A stretch of 64,000 nucleotides of DNA from Arcobacteraceae bacterium (GTDB taxonomy: Bacteria; Campylobacterota; Campylobacteria; Campylobacterales; Arcobacteraceae), in NCBI GenBank assembly GCA_965224485.1, contig CBDCZH010000015.1, positions 534,413 through 598,412 of the forward strand, read 5' to 3'. Numbering within the stretch: position 1 is the first letter of the stretch; each line of letters opens with the position of its first letter. The position numbers and the translations under genes were made by a program. Under the pieces are notes generated by a model. That model made no database searches, was not told the DNA's origin, and saw only the letters and a program-made list of their open reading frames with translations. Of the stretch, positions 31,401-40,727 are shown one piece after another.

Positions 31401-31640
31401 ATGCATAAAATAATTGTAAGCAATGAATGTGGTTGCTTTAAAAGAAGTGATTTAACAAATAACATAGAATTAGAGTCTAAAGATGATGCTTTGTTAAAAG
31501 CTATGTCTATGAATAAACAAATGAATGAAGATTTTTGTAAAAAACATGACTTTTTTGTAAGTGAAGAAGCAAATAATTTTGTTATTTCATTTAAGAAAGA
31601 AGAAGTGAAAACTTCCTGTTGTGGTGGCGGGTGCCACTAA
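31401..31640 (+). CDS. Small Cys-rich protein, probable metal binding
   Basis: ECGCF, FCKKH and C-terminal CCGGGCH; AAGGGA RBS. Confidence 0.75.
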   Translation: MHKIIVSNECGCFKRSDLTNNIELESKDDALLKAMSMNKQMNEDFCKKHDFFVSEEANNFVISFKKEEVKTSCCGGGCH

Positions 31641-31670
31641 TTAATTAATTATTTTTAATAATTAATTTAT

Positions 31671-31742
31671 AATGAATAATTAATAATGAAAAATGAATAG
31701 TGAAGAGTGAAAAATATTTAAGACAGAGATTTCTCTGTCTTA
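31671..31742. repeat. Heptamer tandem array (AATGAAT/AGTGAAA x6) plus hairpin covering the mltA stop
   Basis: AATGAAT AATTAAT AATGAAA AATGAAT AGTGAAG AGTGAAA at 31671-31712; TAAGACAGAGA-TT-TCTCTGTCTTA at 31719-31742. Confidence 0.8.
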
Positions 31743-32834
31743 GATATTTGGAACTAGAATGTAAAGCTCGCCTTGTTCTTTCATTCTTCCTGCGTATTTT
31801 GCAGCTTCTTTTGAATAACCCCAGAAAAAATCAGCTCTTATTTCACCTTTAATTGCTCCGCCTGTATCAGCTGCTAGCATTAAAGTATTTATCTCTTTTC
31901 TTGTAACTGGATTTTTTGTATTTATAAAAACAGGCATACCTAAGGGAATATACTTAGTATCAACTGCTAAATTTCTTTTTGCAACTAAAGGAACACCCAA
32001 ACTTCCAGTAGCTCCAGTTTTTCTTTTTTCAAAAAATACATAACTATTATTTTTGTTTAAAACAGCATCTGCTTTTAAAGGATTAGCTTCAAACCATTTT
32101 TTCATACCTTGCATAGAAGCATCAATTCCATTACCAATATAACCTTTTTTAATCATATACCTACCAATAGATTTATATTTTCGTCCATTTTGATTCGCAT
32201 AACCTATATTCAACAAAGTTCCATCTTCTAGTTGTACTTTTCCTGAACCTTGAATTTGTAAGAAATATAAATCAATTTTGCTATTTACATAACATAAAAC
32301 TTCATACTCTTCATTATTACTTATTTCAGACCTAGAGTTAAAAGGAATTAGTTTATTTCCTTTAATTTTGCCTCTTAATCTATATTTTTTAAGCTCAGGA
32401 TATATTTTTGATAAATTAACAGTAATTAGATTTTTAGGAACGCCATATACTGGGTATTTATACTTTTTAGTTTTTTTTAAACTTCCATATAATAAAGGTT
32501 CATAATAACCAGTTATAACTCCTGTATCTTTTCCATCTTTTCCATGTAGTTTATAAGGTGTGAAGTTTTTAGTAAAAAATTCTTTTGCATTATCACTTAT
32601 ATAGGCTTTTTTACAAACATCTTTAAACAAAGCTTTTCTTTTTGAACGAACACAAGCTTTTTTAAAAACATCTAAAGCTAGAGATAAGTCGTCATTTTCA
32701 AACTCTTTTAGATTTTTGAATTCTACTTTTTGTAATTTAGCTTTTGAGTAAGATAAGTGTTCAAATTTAGGACCACAACCTGTTGCTAATAAAATTATAA
32801 AGAAAGAGAAAAATATATATTTAGAAGTGTTCAT
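31740..32834 (-). CDS. mltA: Membrane-bound lytic murein transglycosylase A
   Basis: Lipobox ATGC, TGYYEP, LQIQGSG, N.SYVFF, DTGGAIKG..RADFFWG, AGRMK. Confidence 0.95.
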   Translation of the reverse strand: MNTSKYIFFSFFIILLATGCGPKFEHLSYSKAKLQKVEFKNLKEFENDDLSLALDVFKKACVRSKRKALFKDVCKKAYISDNAKEFFTKNFTPYKLHGKDGKDTGVITGYYEPLLYGSLKKTKKYKYPVYGVPKNLITVNLSKIYPELKKYRLRGKIKGNKLIPFNSRSEISNNEEYEVLCYVNSKIDLYFLQIQGSGKVQLEDGTLLNIGYANQNGRKYKSIGRYMIKKGYIGNGIDASMQGMKKWFEANPLKADAVLNKNNSYVFFEKRKTGATGSLGVPLVAKRNLAVDTKYIPLGMPVFINTKNPVTRKEINTLMLAADTGGAIKGEIRADFFWGYSKEAAKYAGRMKEQGELYILVPNI

Positions 32835-32904
32835 AAATTTACCTTTGTAATTTAAATTTAAATTTTAAAAAATTCTATCATTTTATAGTTAATAGAAGGT
32901 ACAC

Positions 32905-33189
32905 TTATATACTTTGAGGATAAACTTCTTTCAAACCACAGTTTTTGCATCTGTATTCTATATCATTAACACCAGAACAGCCATGATTTTTAAGTATTCT
33001 TGTAGAAATTACTTCTTGAGTAAATCTTGTATTTGTATTTTCATCAACAAAAGTTCTTGTTTTTTCGCCACAAGTTGGGCATTCTTTTTTATTTAATTTA
33101 TCAACTCTAGAGTTTTTATTTTTAAAATAAAGTAAACTTGAGAAAATTACAATTAGAAAAGTGATTATTAAAAATATTATTGTTTGCAT
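32905..33189 (-). CDS. Membrane-anchored zinc-ribbon hypothetical protein
   Basis: N-terminal TM, CPTC and CKNC pairs. Confidence 0.7.
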   Translation of the reverse strand: MQTIIFLIITFLIVIFSSLLYFKNKNSRVDKLNKKECPTCGEKTRTFVDENTNTRFTQEVISTRILKNHGCSGVNDIEYRCKNCGLKEVYPQSI

Positions 33190-33195
33190 TGTTTG

Positions 33196-33394
33196 AGGTA
33201 GTTAAGTTAGTTAGTTAGTAAGTTTATAAGTTGGTATGTTAGTGAGTTTTTAAGTTAGTAAGTTGGTAAGTTAGTAAAGTTAGAAAGAAAACCTACCAAC
33301 CTACCAACCTACCAACCTCTACCAACTTACTAACTAACTCTACTAACCTACTAACTCTCCCAACTTATCAAATAAATAGCCTAAGCTATTTATT
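33196..33394. repeat. Inverted octamer tandem arrays plus hairpin covering the dnaK stop
   Basis: Left arm TTAGTAAG/TTGGTAAG-like units, right arm CCTACCAA/CTTACTAA units; AATAAATAGC-CTAA-GCTATTTATT at 33371-33394. Confidence 0.85.
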
Positions 33395-35282
33395 CAACTT
33401 CCGCATCAATAACGTCATCGTCATCTTTTTTTGCTTTAGCATTTGGTTTAGCTTGCTCTTCTGCTTTATCGCCACCCTCTTTTTTATACATAGCTTCTGC
33501 TAATTTATGAGATTTTTCAGTTAAAGCTTTAACTTTTTCCTCAATAGCTTCTTTACTAGAGTTTTCGTCTTTTAAAACTTCCTCTAGTTGTGCAGCTGCA
33601 TCAACAATTGCAGTTTTTTCTTCTTCAGAAACAGCATCACCATTTTCTTCTAAAGTTTTTTTAGTACTATGTAAAAGTGCATCAGCTTGATTTCTTACTT
33701 CAATCACTTCTTTTTTCTTAGCATCAACTTCTTTATTAGCTTCTGCTTCTTGTACCATTTTTTCAATTTCTTCATCAGATAATCCAGATGCTCCAGAAAT
33801 AGTAATTTTATTTTCTTTACCAGTTCCTTTATCTTTAGCAGATACATTTAAAACACCATTTGCATCAATATCAAATGTTACTTCAATTTGAGGAACACCT
33901 CTTGGAGCTGCTGGGATGTCTGAAAGTTCAAACATACCTAAAGATTTATTATCTTTAGCAAATTCTCTCTCACCTTGTCCTACGTGAATAGAAACAGCTG
34001 GTTGATTATCATCAGCAGTTGAGAAAGTTTGTGATTTTTTAACAGGAATAGTTGTACCTTTATCAATTAACTTAGACATAACTCCACCTAAAGTTTCAAT
34101 TCCTAAACTTAAAGGCGTAACATCAAGTAATAATACATCTTTAACATCACCTCTTAAAACTCCAGCTTGAACAGCTGCACCAGCTGCAACTACCTCATCA
34201 GGGTTAACACTTTTATTTAAATCTTTTCCAAAAAAGTCTCTTACGATTTCATTTGCTTTTGGTAATCTAGTTGATCCACCTACCATAATAACTTCTTGGA
34301 TTTCATCTTTACTTAAATCAGCATCTTTTAAAGCAGTTTTAATATGCTCTAATGTTTCAGTAATAAGACCTTCAGTCATAGACTCAAATTTAGCTCTTGT
34401 AAGAGATTTAACTAAATGTATTGGACCTGCATTACCCATAGAGATAAATGGCAAGTTAATTTCTGTTGATTCTGCTGAACTTAACTCTTTTTTAGCATTT
34501 TCTGCTGCATCTTTAAGTCTTTGTAAAGCCATTTTGTCATTTTTAACATCAAAACCATTTTCAGTTTCAAACTCTTTAGATAACCAGTCAATAATAGCAT
34601 TATCAAAATCATCTCCACCTAGAAAAGCATTACCATCAGTTGAAAGTACTTCAAAAGTTCCATCACCAATTTCTAAAGTAGTAACATCAAATGTTCCTCC
34701 ACCTAAATCATAAACTAAAACTTTTTCTTCACCTTTTTTATCAAGTCCATATGCTAAAGAAGCAGCAGTTGGTTCGTTTATAATTCTTAAAACATTAAGT
34801 CCAGCAATAGTACCAGCTTCTTGAGTTGCTTTTCTTTGTGCATCATTAAAATAAGCAGGAACAGTAATAACAGCATCAGTTACAGGAGCTCCCAAATATT
34901 CTTCAGCATCTACTTTTAGTTTTCCTAAAATTTTAGCAGAGATTTCTTGAGGAGTATAAACTTTATCTCCAATTTCAACAGCAGCTGCACCATTTCTATT
35001 TACAATTTTATATCCAACTTTACTTTGGGCATCTTTAGCATGCTCTTCGTCCATCATTAAACCCATAATTCTCTTAATAGAATAAATAGTTTTTTCAGGA
35101 TTTGTAATAGCTTGTCTTTTAGCAGGATCTCCTACTAAAACTTCACCTTTATCCGTAAATGCTACAATAGAAGGAGTAGTATTTTTACCCTCTTTATTAG
35201 GGATAATCTTAGTTTCTCCACCTTCATAAACTGCCATACAAGAGTTAGTTGTACCTAAATCAATTCCAATTACTTTACTCAT
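33390..35282 (-). CDS. dnaK: Chaperone DnaK (Hsp70)
   Basis: [40 protein letters not shown]. Confidence 0.99.
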   Translation of the reverse strand: MSKVIGIDLGTTNSCMAVYEGGETKIIPNKEGKNTTPSIVAFTDKGEVLVGDPAKRQAITNPEKTIYSIKRIMGLMMDEEHAKDAQSKVGYKIVNRNGAAAVEIGDKVYTPQEISAKILGKLKVDAEEYLGAPVTDAVITVPAYFNDAQRKATQEAGTIAGLNVLRIINEPTAASLAYGLDKKGEEKVLVYDLGGGTFDVTTLEIGDGTFEVLSTDGNAFLGGDDFDNAIIDWLSKEFETENGFDVKNDKMALQRLKDAAENAKKELSSAESTEINLPFISMGNAGPIHLVKSLTRAKFESMTEGLITETLEHIKTALKDADLSKDEIQEVIMVGGSTRLPKANEIVRDFFGKDLNKSVNPDEVVAAGAAVQAGVLRGDVKDVLLLDVTPLSLGIETLGGVMSKLIDKGTTIPVKKSQTFSTADDNQPAVSIHVGQGEREFAKDNKSLGMFELSDIPAAPRGVPQIEVTFDIDANGVLNVSAKDKGTGKENKITISGASGLSDEEIEKMVQEAEANKEVDAKKKEVIEVRNQADALLHSTKKTLEENGDAVSEEEKTAIVDAAAQLEEVLKDENSSKEAIEEKVKALTEKSHKLAEAMYKKEGGDKAEEQAKPNAKAKKDDDDVIDAEVE

Positions 35283-35350
35283 AATATATTCCTTATTAAT
35301 TTTATTTTAATTTTTTATTTAATTTCAATAGTTTTAAGACATTGCGGTCA

Positions 35351-35453
35351 TGAAGCGTTTACGCTTCAAGTGAAAAACTAAAAGTGAAAAGTGAAAAATG
35401 TGTACTAGTCTTTTTATTTTTCACTTTTAGTTTTTAGTTTTTCACTTTTCTAT
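35351..35453. repeat. Perfect hairpin plus inverted heptamer arrays in the grpE-dnaK spacer
   Basis: TGAAGCGT-TT-ACGCTTCA, then AGTGAAA AACTAAA AGTGAAA AGTGAAA ... TTTCACT TTTAGTT TTTAGTT TTTCACT. Confidence 0.85.
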
Positions 35454-35461
35454 TTGTAAAA

Positions 35462-36052
35462 TTACTTTTTACAAATAGAAACCATTGCTGGTCTTAATAA
35501 TCTTTCTTTAAACTTATAACCTTTTTGAAGTTGGGCAACTATATATCCATCTTCATGATCAGCACTATCTACTTGCATAATTGCATTATGGAAGTTTGGA
35601 TCAAACTCACCATCTGTCTCAATTATAGAAATGTCATGTTTTTCAAAAGCTGTATAGAAGTTTTTAATTGTTAACTCAACACCTTCTTTTAATTTACCTA
35701 ATAACTCATCACTTCCTAAATCTTTTGCTGCTTCTTCTGCTGCTAATGCCATTTCAAGTGAATCAATTGGAGCTAATAAATCTTTTGCAAATTTTTCACT
35801 TGCATAATCAATTGCAGAATATTTTTCTTTTTCTAATCTTTTTTTGATATTCTCGAAATCTGCATGAACTCTAAAATATTTATCTTCACTTTGTTTTAAT
35901 TGCTCTTGTAGTTGTGCAATTATTTCATCTTGGCTTAATTCTTTTTTTTCTTCAACAACTTCACCTGTTTCAGTTTCTTTATCTATATTTTGATCAACAA
36001 TCTCTTCTGTATCAACAATTTCTTGCTCTAATTCTTCTTTATTTTCACTCAA
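35462..36052 (-). CDS. grpE: Nucleotide exchange factor GrpE
   Basis: R.HADFEN.KKR, FDPNFHNA, LQKGY...ERLLRPAMV; TTG start after AGGAG. Confidence 0.97.
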   Translation of the reverse strand: MSENKEELEQEIVDTEEIVDQNIDKETETGEVVEEKKELSQDEIIAQLQEQLKQSEDKYFRVHADFENIKKRLEKEKYSAIDYASEKFAKDLLAPIDSLEMALAAEEAAKDLGSDELLGKLKEGVELTIKNFYTAFEKHDISIIETDGEFDPNFHNAIMQVDSADHEDGYIVAQLQKGYKFKERLLRPAMVSICKK

Positions 36053-36061
36053 AATTTTCTC

Positions 36062-36853
36062 CTAAATAGTATTTATTTGATTATAAAAATATTCATAATC
36101 TTTTGATAACTCGCCTAAAACTAACATTTTTACATTTATTTTATTAATTGTACATCTATGATAAATTGCTATATACCCTTGAGGAACAATAGTGTCAAAA
36201 TAAAGTCCTTCTTTAATTGAATCAAAGATTTTTGCTTTTAAAAAATCATTTATTATTTTTTCTTCATAATCATAATTAAGAGCAAGGGAAAAGAACTCTT
36301 TTGTATTATATATATGGAAATCTTTTGTTTGCAAATTTTGATTTACTTGCTCATATATCTCATTTGCCCCAACTTGTTTTGAAATATTAACAATATGACT
36401 TAACTCTAAACCTATTAAATCTTTTAGAAATCTATATAATGCACTTGAATACTTTACAGTAAGTGCAAAAGAGTCAAACTCTAAAATAATATATTTGTTA
36501 TCTACTGATAATATTTCTTTTAAGAGCTCATCTTTATCTTCTTGTATAAAAACACTTAAACCAATCTCTTTTGCATAATACTCAATAGCTTTTGTATCAA
36601 CTTGGGCTAAAGAGAAATTTAACTTATTAGTCCAATACTGTTTTAATGCTTCACTTGTTGGTGTTCTTCCAGAACTAACATGTTCTTGTGCTAAAAAACC
36701 TTCATCTCCTAGTTTTTTAAAATACCCTCTAATGGTTGCAGGTGAATAAGTAATATCATACATTGATTTTAACTGTGATGAACCTATTGGTTCACAGTTT
36801 TCAATATATGCTCTAATTATAGATTGCAATAAAAACTCTTTTTTATTTATCAC
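36062..36853 (-). CDS. hrcA: Heat-inducible transcription repressor HrcA (short Campylobacterota type)
   Basis: LL.SII..YI...EPIGS, SPATIR, QEHVSSGRTP; upstream of grpE-dnaK. Confidence 0.93.
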   Translation of the reverse strand: MINKKEFLLQSIIRAYIENCEPIGSSQLKSMYDITYSPATIRGYFKKLGDEGFLAQEHVSSGRTPTSEALKQYWTNKLNFSLAQVDTKAIEYYAKEIGLSVFIQEDKDELLKEILSVDNKYIILEFDSFALTVKYSSALYRFLKDLIGLELSHIVNISKQVGANEIYEQVNQNLQTKDFHIYNTKEFFSLALNYDYEEKIINDFLKAKIFDSIKEGLYFDTIVPQGYIAIYHRCTINKINVKMLVLGELSKDYEYFYNQINTI

Positions 36854-36877
36854 TTAAATAACCACCAGATTTTAGTT

Positions 36878-36904
36878 TTAGCACTCATTATCTTGAACTG
36901 CTAA
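36878..36904. promoter_or_regulatory. CIRCE operator 1 (HrcA site)
   Basis: TTAGCACTC-N9-AACTGCTAA versus consensus TTAGCACTC-N9-GAGTGCTAA. Confidence 0.85.
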
Positions 36905-36907
36905 AGA

Positions 36908-36938
36908 ATTATAACTAATTGAGTCAGTATTTGTCAAG
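36908..36938 (-). promoter_or_regulatory. Sigma70 promoter of hrcA-grpE-dnaK with overlapping HAIR-like (HspR) site
   Basis: Minus strand TTGACA-N18-TATAAT; plus strand ATTGAGT-N7-TGTCAAG (36918-36938) versus HAIR CTTGAGT-N7-ACTCAAG. Confidence 0.75.
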
Positions 36939-36944
36939 TAGTTT

Positions 36945-36971
36945 TTAGCAAAGTACTTATAAAAGTGCTAA
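36945..36971. promoter_or_regulatory. CIRCE operator 2 (HrcA site)
   Basis: TTAGCAAAG-N9-AAGTGCTAA. Confidence 0.7.
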
Positions 36972-37081
36972 ATTAAATTTTTACCTCTACTTTGTTCCCA
37001 AGAATTAGCTTTTTTGCTTAATTGATTTATAATAAAATAAGCAATACAATTAAGACTTAAATTATATAAGAAAGGATAAAT

Positions 37082-38119
37082 ATGTATGAAAAGATAGATG
37101 AACAGTTTGCAAGTGATAACTATTCACAAATTTGTCCTGAGGTACTTAATAAGATTGTGGAACTAAATTCAGATAATGCTCAAGCATATGGTAATGATTA
37201 TTATACTAAATATGCAGCAGATCAATTAAGAGAATTATTTGAAACCGATTGCCAAATCTTTTTTGTATTTAATGGAACAGCAGCTAACTCTTTAAGTTTA
37301 GCAGCCTTGTGCAATTCGTATCATAGTATTATATGCCATGAATTAGCGCATATAGAAACAGACGAATGTGGGGCCCCTGAGTTTTTCTCAAATGGTTCAA
37401 AACTATTATTAGCTAATGGAAAAGATGCTAAATTAACCCCTAGTGATATTGAACATCTAGCTACAAAAAGAGATGATATTCATTATCCAAAACCAAAAGT
37501 AGTATCACTTACTCAGTCAACTGAGGTAGGAACTATCTATACAATAGATGAAATTAAAAAAATACGAGAAGTTGCAAATAAACATAATCTTCATATCCAT
37601 ATGGATGGAGCAAGATTTGCAAATGCTTTAGTTTCCCTAGATGTGACACCAGCTGAACTTACATGGAAAGTAGGAATTGATGTTTTATGTTTTTCTGGAA
37701 CAAAAAATGGAATGGCTATGGGGGAGGTTGTAATATTCTTTAACCATGACTTAGCCCAAGACTTTGCGTATAGATGTAAACAAGCAGGTCAATTAGCTTC
37801 AAAAATGAAATTCATTTCAGCCCAATGGATTGCTTTATTAGAAAATAACTTATGGAAGAAAAATGCTAAACATGCAAATAGTATGGCTAAATACTTTGAA
37901 ACACAAATAAAAGACTTAGAAGGTATTAAAATTAAATTCCCTGTTCAATCTAATAGTGTATTCATGGAAGCAAAAGAGAGTCTTTTAGAAGCTCTTAAAG
38001 CTAAAAAATGGATTTTTTACTCTTTTATTGGAGCAGGAGGAGCTAGATTTGTTTTTTCTTGGAACTCTAGCAAAAAAAGAATTGATGAATTAATAGAAGA
38101 TATTAAATTACACTTGTAA
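37082..38119 (+). CDS. ltaE: Low-specificity L-threonine aldolase
   Basis: FASDNY, YGND, FNGTAAN, HIETDECGAPEFF, HMDGARFANA, GTKNG. Confidence 0.92.
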   Translation: MYEKIDEQFASDNYSQICPEVLNKIVELNSDNAQAYGNDYYTKYAADQLRELFETDCQIFFVFNGTAANSLSLAALCNSYHSIICHELAHIETDECGAPEFFSNGSKLLLANGKDAKLTPSDIEHLATKRDDIHYPKPKVVSLTQSTEVGTIYTIDEIKKIREVANKHNLHIHMDGARFANALVSLDVTPAELTWKVGIDVLCFSGTKNGMAMGEVVIFFNHDLAQDFAYRCKQAGQLASKMKFISAQWIALLENNLWKKNAKHANSMAKYFETQIKDLEGIKIKFPVQSNSVFMEAKESLLEALKAKKWIFYSFIGAGGARFVFSWNSSKKRIDELIEDIKLHL

Positions 38120-38126
38120 AAATTAA

Positions 38127-38705
38127 CTAAAAAGATACAGGAGTAATAACAGAGATATAAGAAGCTTTTTTTAAGCTTCTGTTCTCTATTTTATGTGGAT
38201 TATCTGGATTAAATCTAATACAATCACCTTTTTTTAAAATAAACTCTTTTTCTTCTAAAGTAACAATAATTTCACCTTCAAGAACATAATTGCACTCTTC
38301 CCCACCTTTGGTATGAGGTATTATTTCATCTGTAATTCGTAAGGGTGCTAAATTTACTAAAACAAATTCAATATCTCCTTGTAAATTGGGAACTAATAAT
38401 TCACAGGTAAATAAAGGATCAGGGAAAGATATTTTTTTTCTTTTATTTTTTCTAACAACATAAGTACTTTCGTCATCAAGGTAAACTTTAGACTCTTCTT
38501 CATTAGTAAATAAATGAGCTAAGGTAGTATTTAAAACTTTTGCTATTTTTCTTAAAGTTTCTACAGAACCAGAAGTTGAGCCATTTTCTAATAAAGATAA
38601 CATAGCAACAGAGATCTTTGCATCAAACGCAAGTTGTTTTGCTGTCATATTTTTTTCTTTTCGTAAACGTCTAACTTTTTGTCCTACTTCAAAATCTTTA
38701 CTCAC
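38127..38705 (-). CDS. XRE-family HTH plus cupin transcriptional regulator
   Basis: N-terminal HTH_3 (LRKEK.MT..QLA..IS...LSLLENG), C-terminal cupin (GEEC.YVLEG, GDCIRF...PH). Confidence 0.92.
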   Translation of the reverse strand: MSKDFEVGQKVRRLRKEKNMTAKQLAFDAKISVAMLSLLENGSTSGSVETLRKIAKVLNTTLAHLFTNEEESKVYLDDESTYVVRKNKRKKISFPDPLFTCELLVPNLQGDIEFVLVNLAPLRITDEIIPHTKGGEECNYVLEGEIIVTLEEKEFILKKGDCIRFNPDNPHKIENRSLKKASYISVITPVSF

Positions 38706-38918
38706 TAAACCAACCTTAATACTTTTATTAAATATAGTTTAACTAAGTTAAACTTTGAGTTTTAATATCATAACTTAATATAAAGATTTTTGTTTCACTT
38801 CGTATCATTTTAGATAAAAATCATTAAAAATTTAATTATATTAAATTTTTAGCTATTTTTATATGTTAGTATTTAATCAGATTAAATATATTAATAAAAT
38901 AATTGTAAGGATAATAAG

Positions 38919-40025
38919 ATGAAAATTGGATTAGTAAAAGAGATTAAAGTACATGAATATAGAGTTGGTTTAACACCTGATTGTGTTGAAGCATATGTAA
39001 AAAATGGTCACACAGTTTTTGTTGAAGTTGATGCTGGTATTGGAGCTGGTTTTGAAAATAGTGATTATGAAAAAGTGGGTGCTACAATACTAAGTGATAA
39101 ACAAAAACTTTTTGATGATAGTGAGATGATTATAAAAGTAAAAGAGCCACTTAAAGAAGAGTATGATTTTTTTCACGAGGGTCAGATTTTATTCACTTAT
39201 TTACACATTGCAGCAGATAAACCACAAGCCTTAGCTTTATTGGCAAAAAAAGTAAAAGCTATTGCTTATGAAACAATTACTTCAAGAGAGGGAGGACTTC
39301 CTTGCTTAACTCCTATGAGTGAAATAGCAGGAAGACTTGCAGCACAAGAAGGTGCAAAATATTTAGAAAAACCTTTTGGAGGAAGGGGAGTTTTATTAGG
39401 TGGAGTTCCAGGCGTTCAAAGAGGAAATGTAACAATAATAGGTGGGGGAATTGTTGGTCTTAATGCTTGTAAAATGGCTGTTGGACTAGGGGCTAATGTA
39501 ACAGTATTAGATATATCTGCTTCAAGACTTGCTTATTATGATGATATTTTTGGCTCAAAAGTTACAACACTTTTTTCAAATAGATCAAATATTCTAAAAT
39601 CTATAAAAGAAGCTGATTTAGTAATTGGAGCTGTTCTGATTCCAGGTGCTGCTGCTCCTAAGTTGGTATCTAAAGAAGATTTAAAAGTAATGAAAAAAGC
39701 TGCTGTTATTGTTGATGTTGCTATTGATCAAGGAGGTTGTTTTGAAACATCTCATGCAACCTACCATGATAATCCAACCTTTGTAGTAAATGATGTATTA
39801 CATTATTGTGTTGCAAATATGCCAGGAGCTGTTTCTTTAACATCAACCTTAGCTTTAACATCAACAACACTTAATCATGGTTTAAATATTGCAAATAAAG
39901 GTTTAGAGAAAGCTTTAGCTGATGATATTCACTTATTACATGGACTTAATACCTATGATGGAAAATTAACAAATGAACCAGTAGCCCTAAGTTTAGGCAT
40001 AGCATATGAGCCTGTAACATTCTAA
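38919..40025 (+). CDS. ald: Alanine dehydrogenase
   Basis: KEIK.HEYRVGLTP, KVKEP, FTYLH, PMSEIAGR, GGGIVG, DVAIDQGGC, YCVANMPGAV. Confidence 0.97.
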   Translation: MKIGLVKEIKVHEYRVGLTPDCVEAYVKNGHTVFVEVDAGIGAGFENSDYEKVGATILSDKQKLFDDSEMIIKVKEPLKEEYDFFHEGQILFTYLHIAADKPQALALLAKKVKAIAYETITSREGGLPCLTPMSEIAGRLAAQEGAKYLEKPFGGRGVLLGGVPGVQRGNVTIIGGGIVGLNACKMAVGLGANVTVLDISASRLAYYDDIFGSKVTTLFSNRSNILKSIKEADLVIGAVLIPGAAAPKLVSKEDLKVMKKAAVIVDVAIDQGGCFETSHATYHDNPTFVVNDVLHYCVANMPGAVSLTSTLALTSTTLNHGLNIANKGLEKALADDIHLLHGLNTYDGKLTNEPVALSLGIAYEPVTF

Positions 40026-40036
40026 TACAATAAAAA

Positions 40037-40069
40037 TAAAGCCAGAAAAACTATTTATTTCTGGCTTTA
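40037..40069 (+). terminator. Terminator hairpin after ald
   Basis: TAAAGCCAGAAA...TTTCTGGCTTTA. Confidence 0.7.
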
Positions 40070-40100
40070 CAATAAAGAAACTTTTTACTATACTCTTAAT

Positions 40101-40727
40101 ATGGAATATATCAATTTAACAATATTAGCTATTTTTATCCCAACATTCTTTTTTGTATCGATTACTCCTGGAATGTGCATGACACTATCTTTGAGTATGG
40201 GTATGAGTATAGGTGTTAAAAAAACTATGTATATGATGTATGGAGAGTTATTTGGTGTTGCGTTAGTAGCTTCTTCTTCTGTAATAGGAGTTGCATCTAT
40301 TATGTTCAAATACCCAGAAATATTTTTATTTCTAAAATATGCAGGTGGGGCTTATTTATTTTACTTAGGTATTAATATGTGGCTTTCTCGTGGAAAAATG
40401 TCTTTAAGTTTAAAAGAGTGCTCCTATAATGTATCAAAAAAAAATCTAGCGTTCCAAGGTTTCCTAACAGCAATAGCAAATCCAAAAGGTTGGGCTTTTT
40501 TCGTAGCACTTTTACCACCTTTTATAGATATAAAAATTCCTTTATCTTTTCAACTACCAGCTCTTTTACTAATAATTCTAAGCCTAGAGTTTTTATGTTT
40601 AATAATATACGCAAGTGGAGGAAGTACTTTAAGAAAACTACTTAAAGACTCCTCAAATGTAAGAGTATTAAATAGAATATCAGGAACGTTGATGATAGGT
40701 GTTGGGATATGGCTGGCTCTCTCATAA
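40101..40727 (+). CDS. LysE/RhtB family amino-acid exporter
   Basis: SITPG, LKYAGGAYLFYLG, FQGFLTAIANPK. Confidence 0.92.
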   Translation: MEYINLTILAIFIPTFFFVSITPGMCMTLSLSMGMSIGVKKTMYMMYGELFGVALVASSSVIGVASIMFKYPEIFLFLKYAGGAYLFYLGINMWLSRGKMSLSLKECSYNVSKKNLAFQGFLTAIANPKGWAFFVALLPPFIDIKIPLSFQLPALLLIILSLEFLCLIIYASGGSTLRKLLKDSSNVRVLNRISGTLMIGVGIWLALS

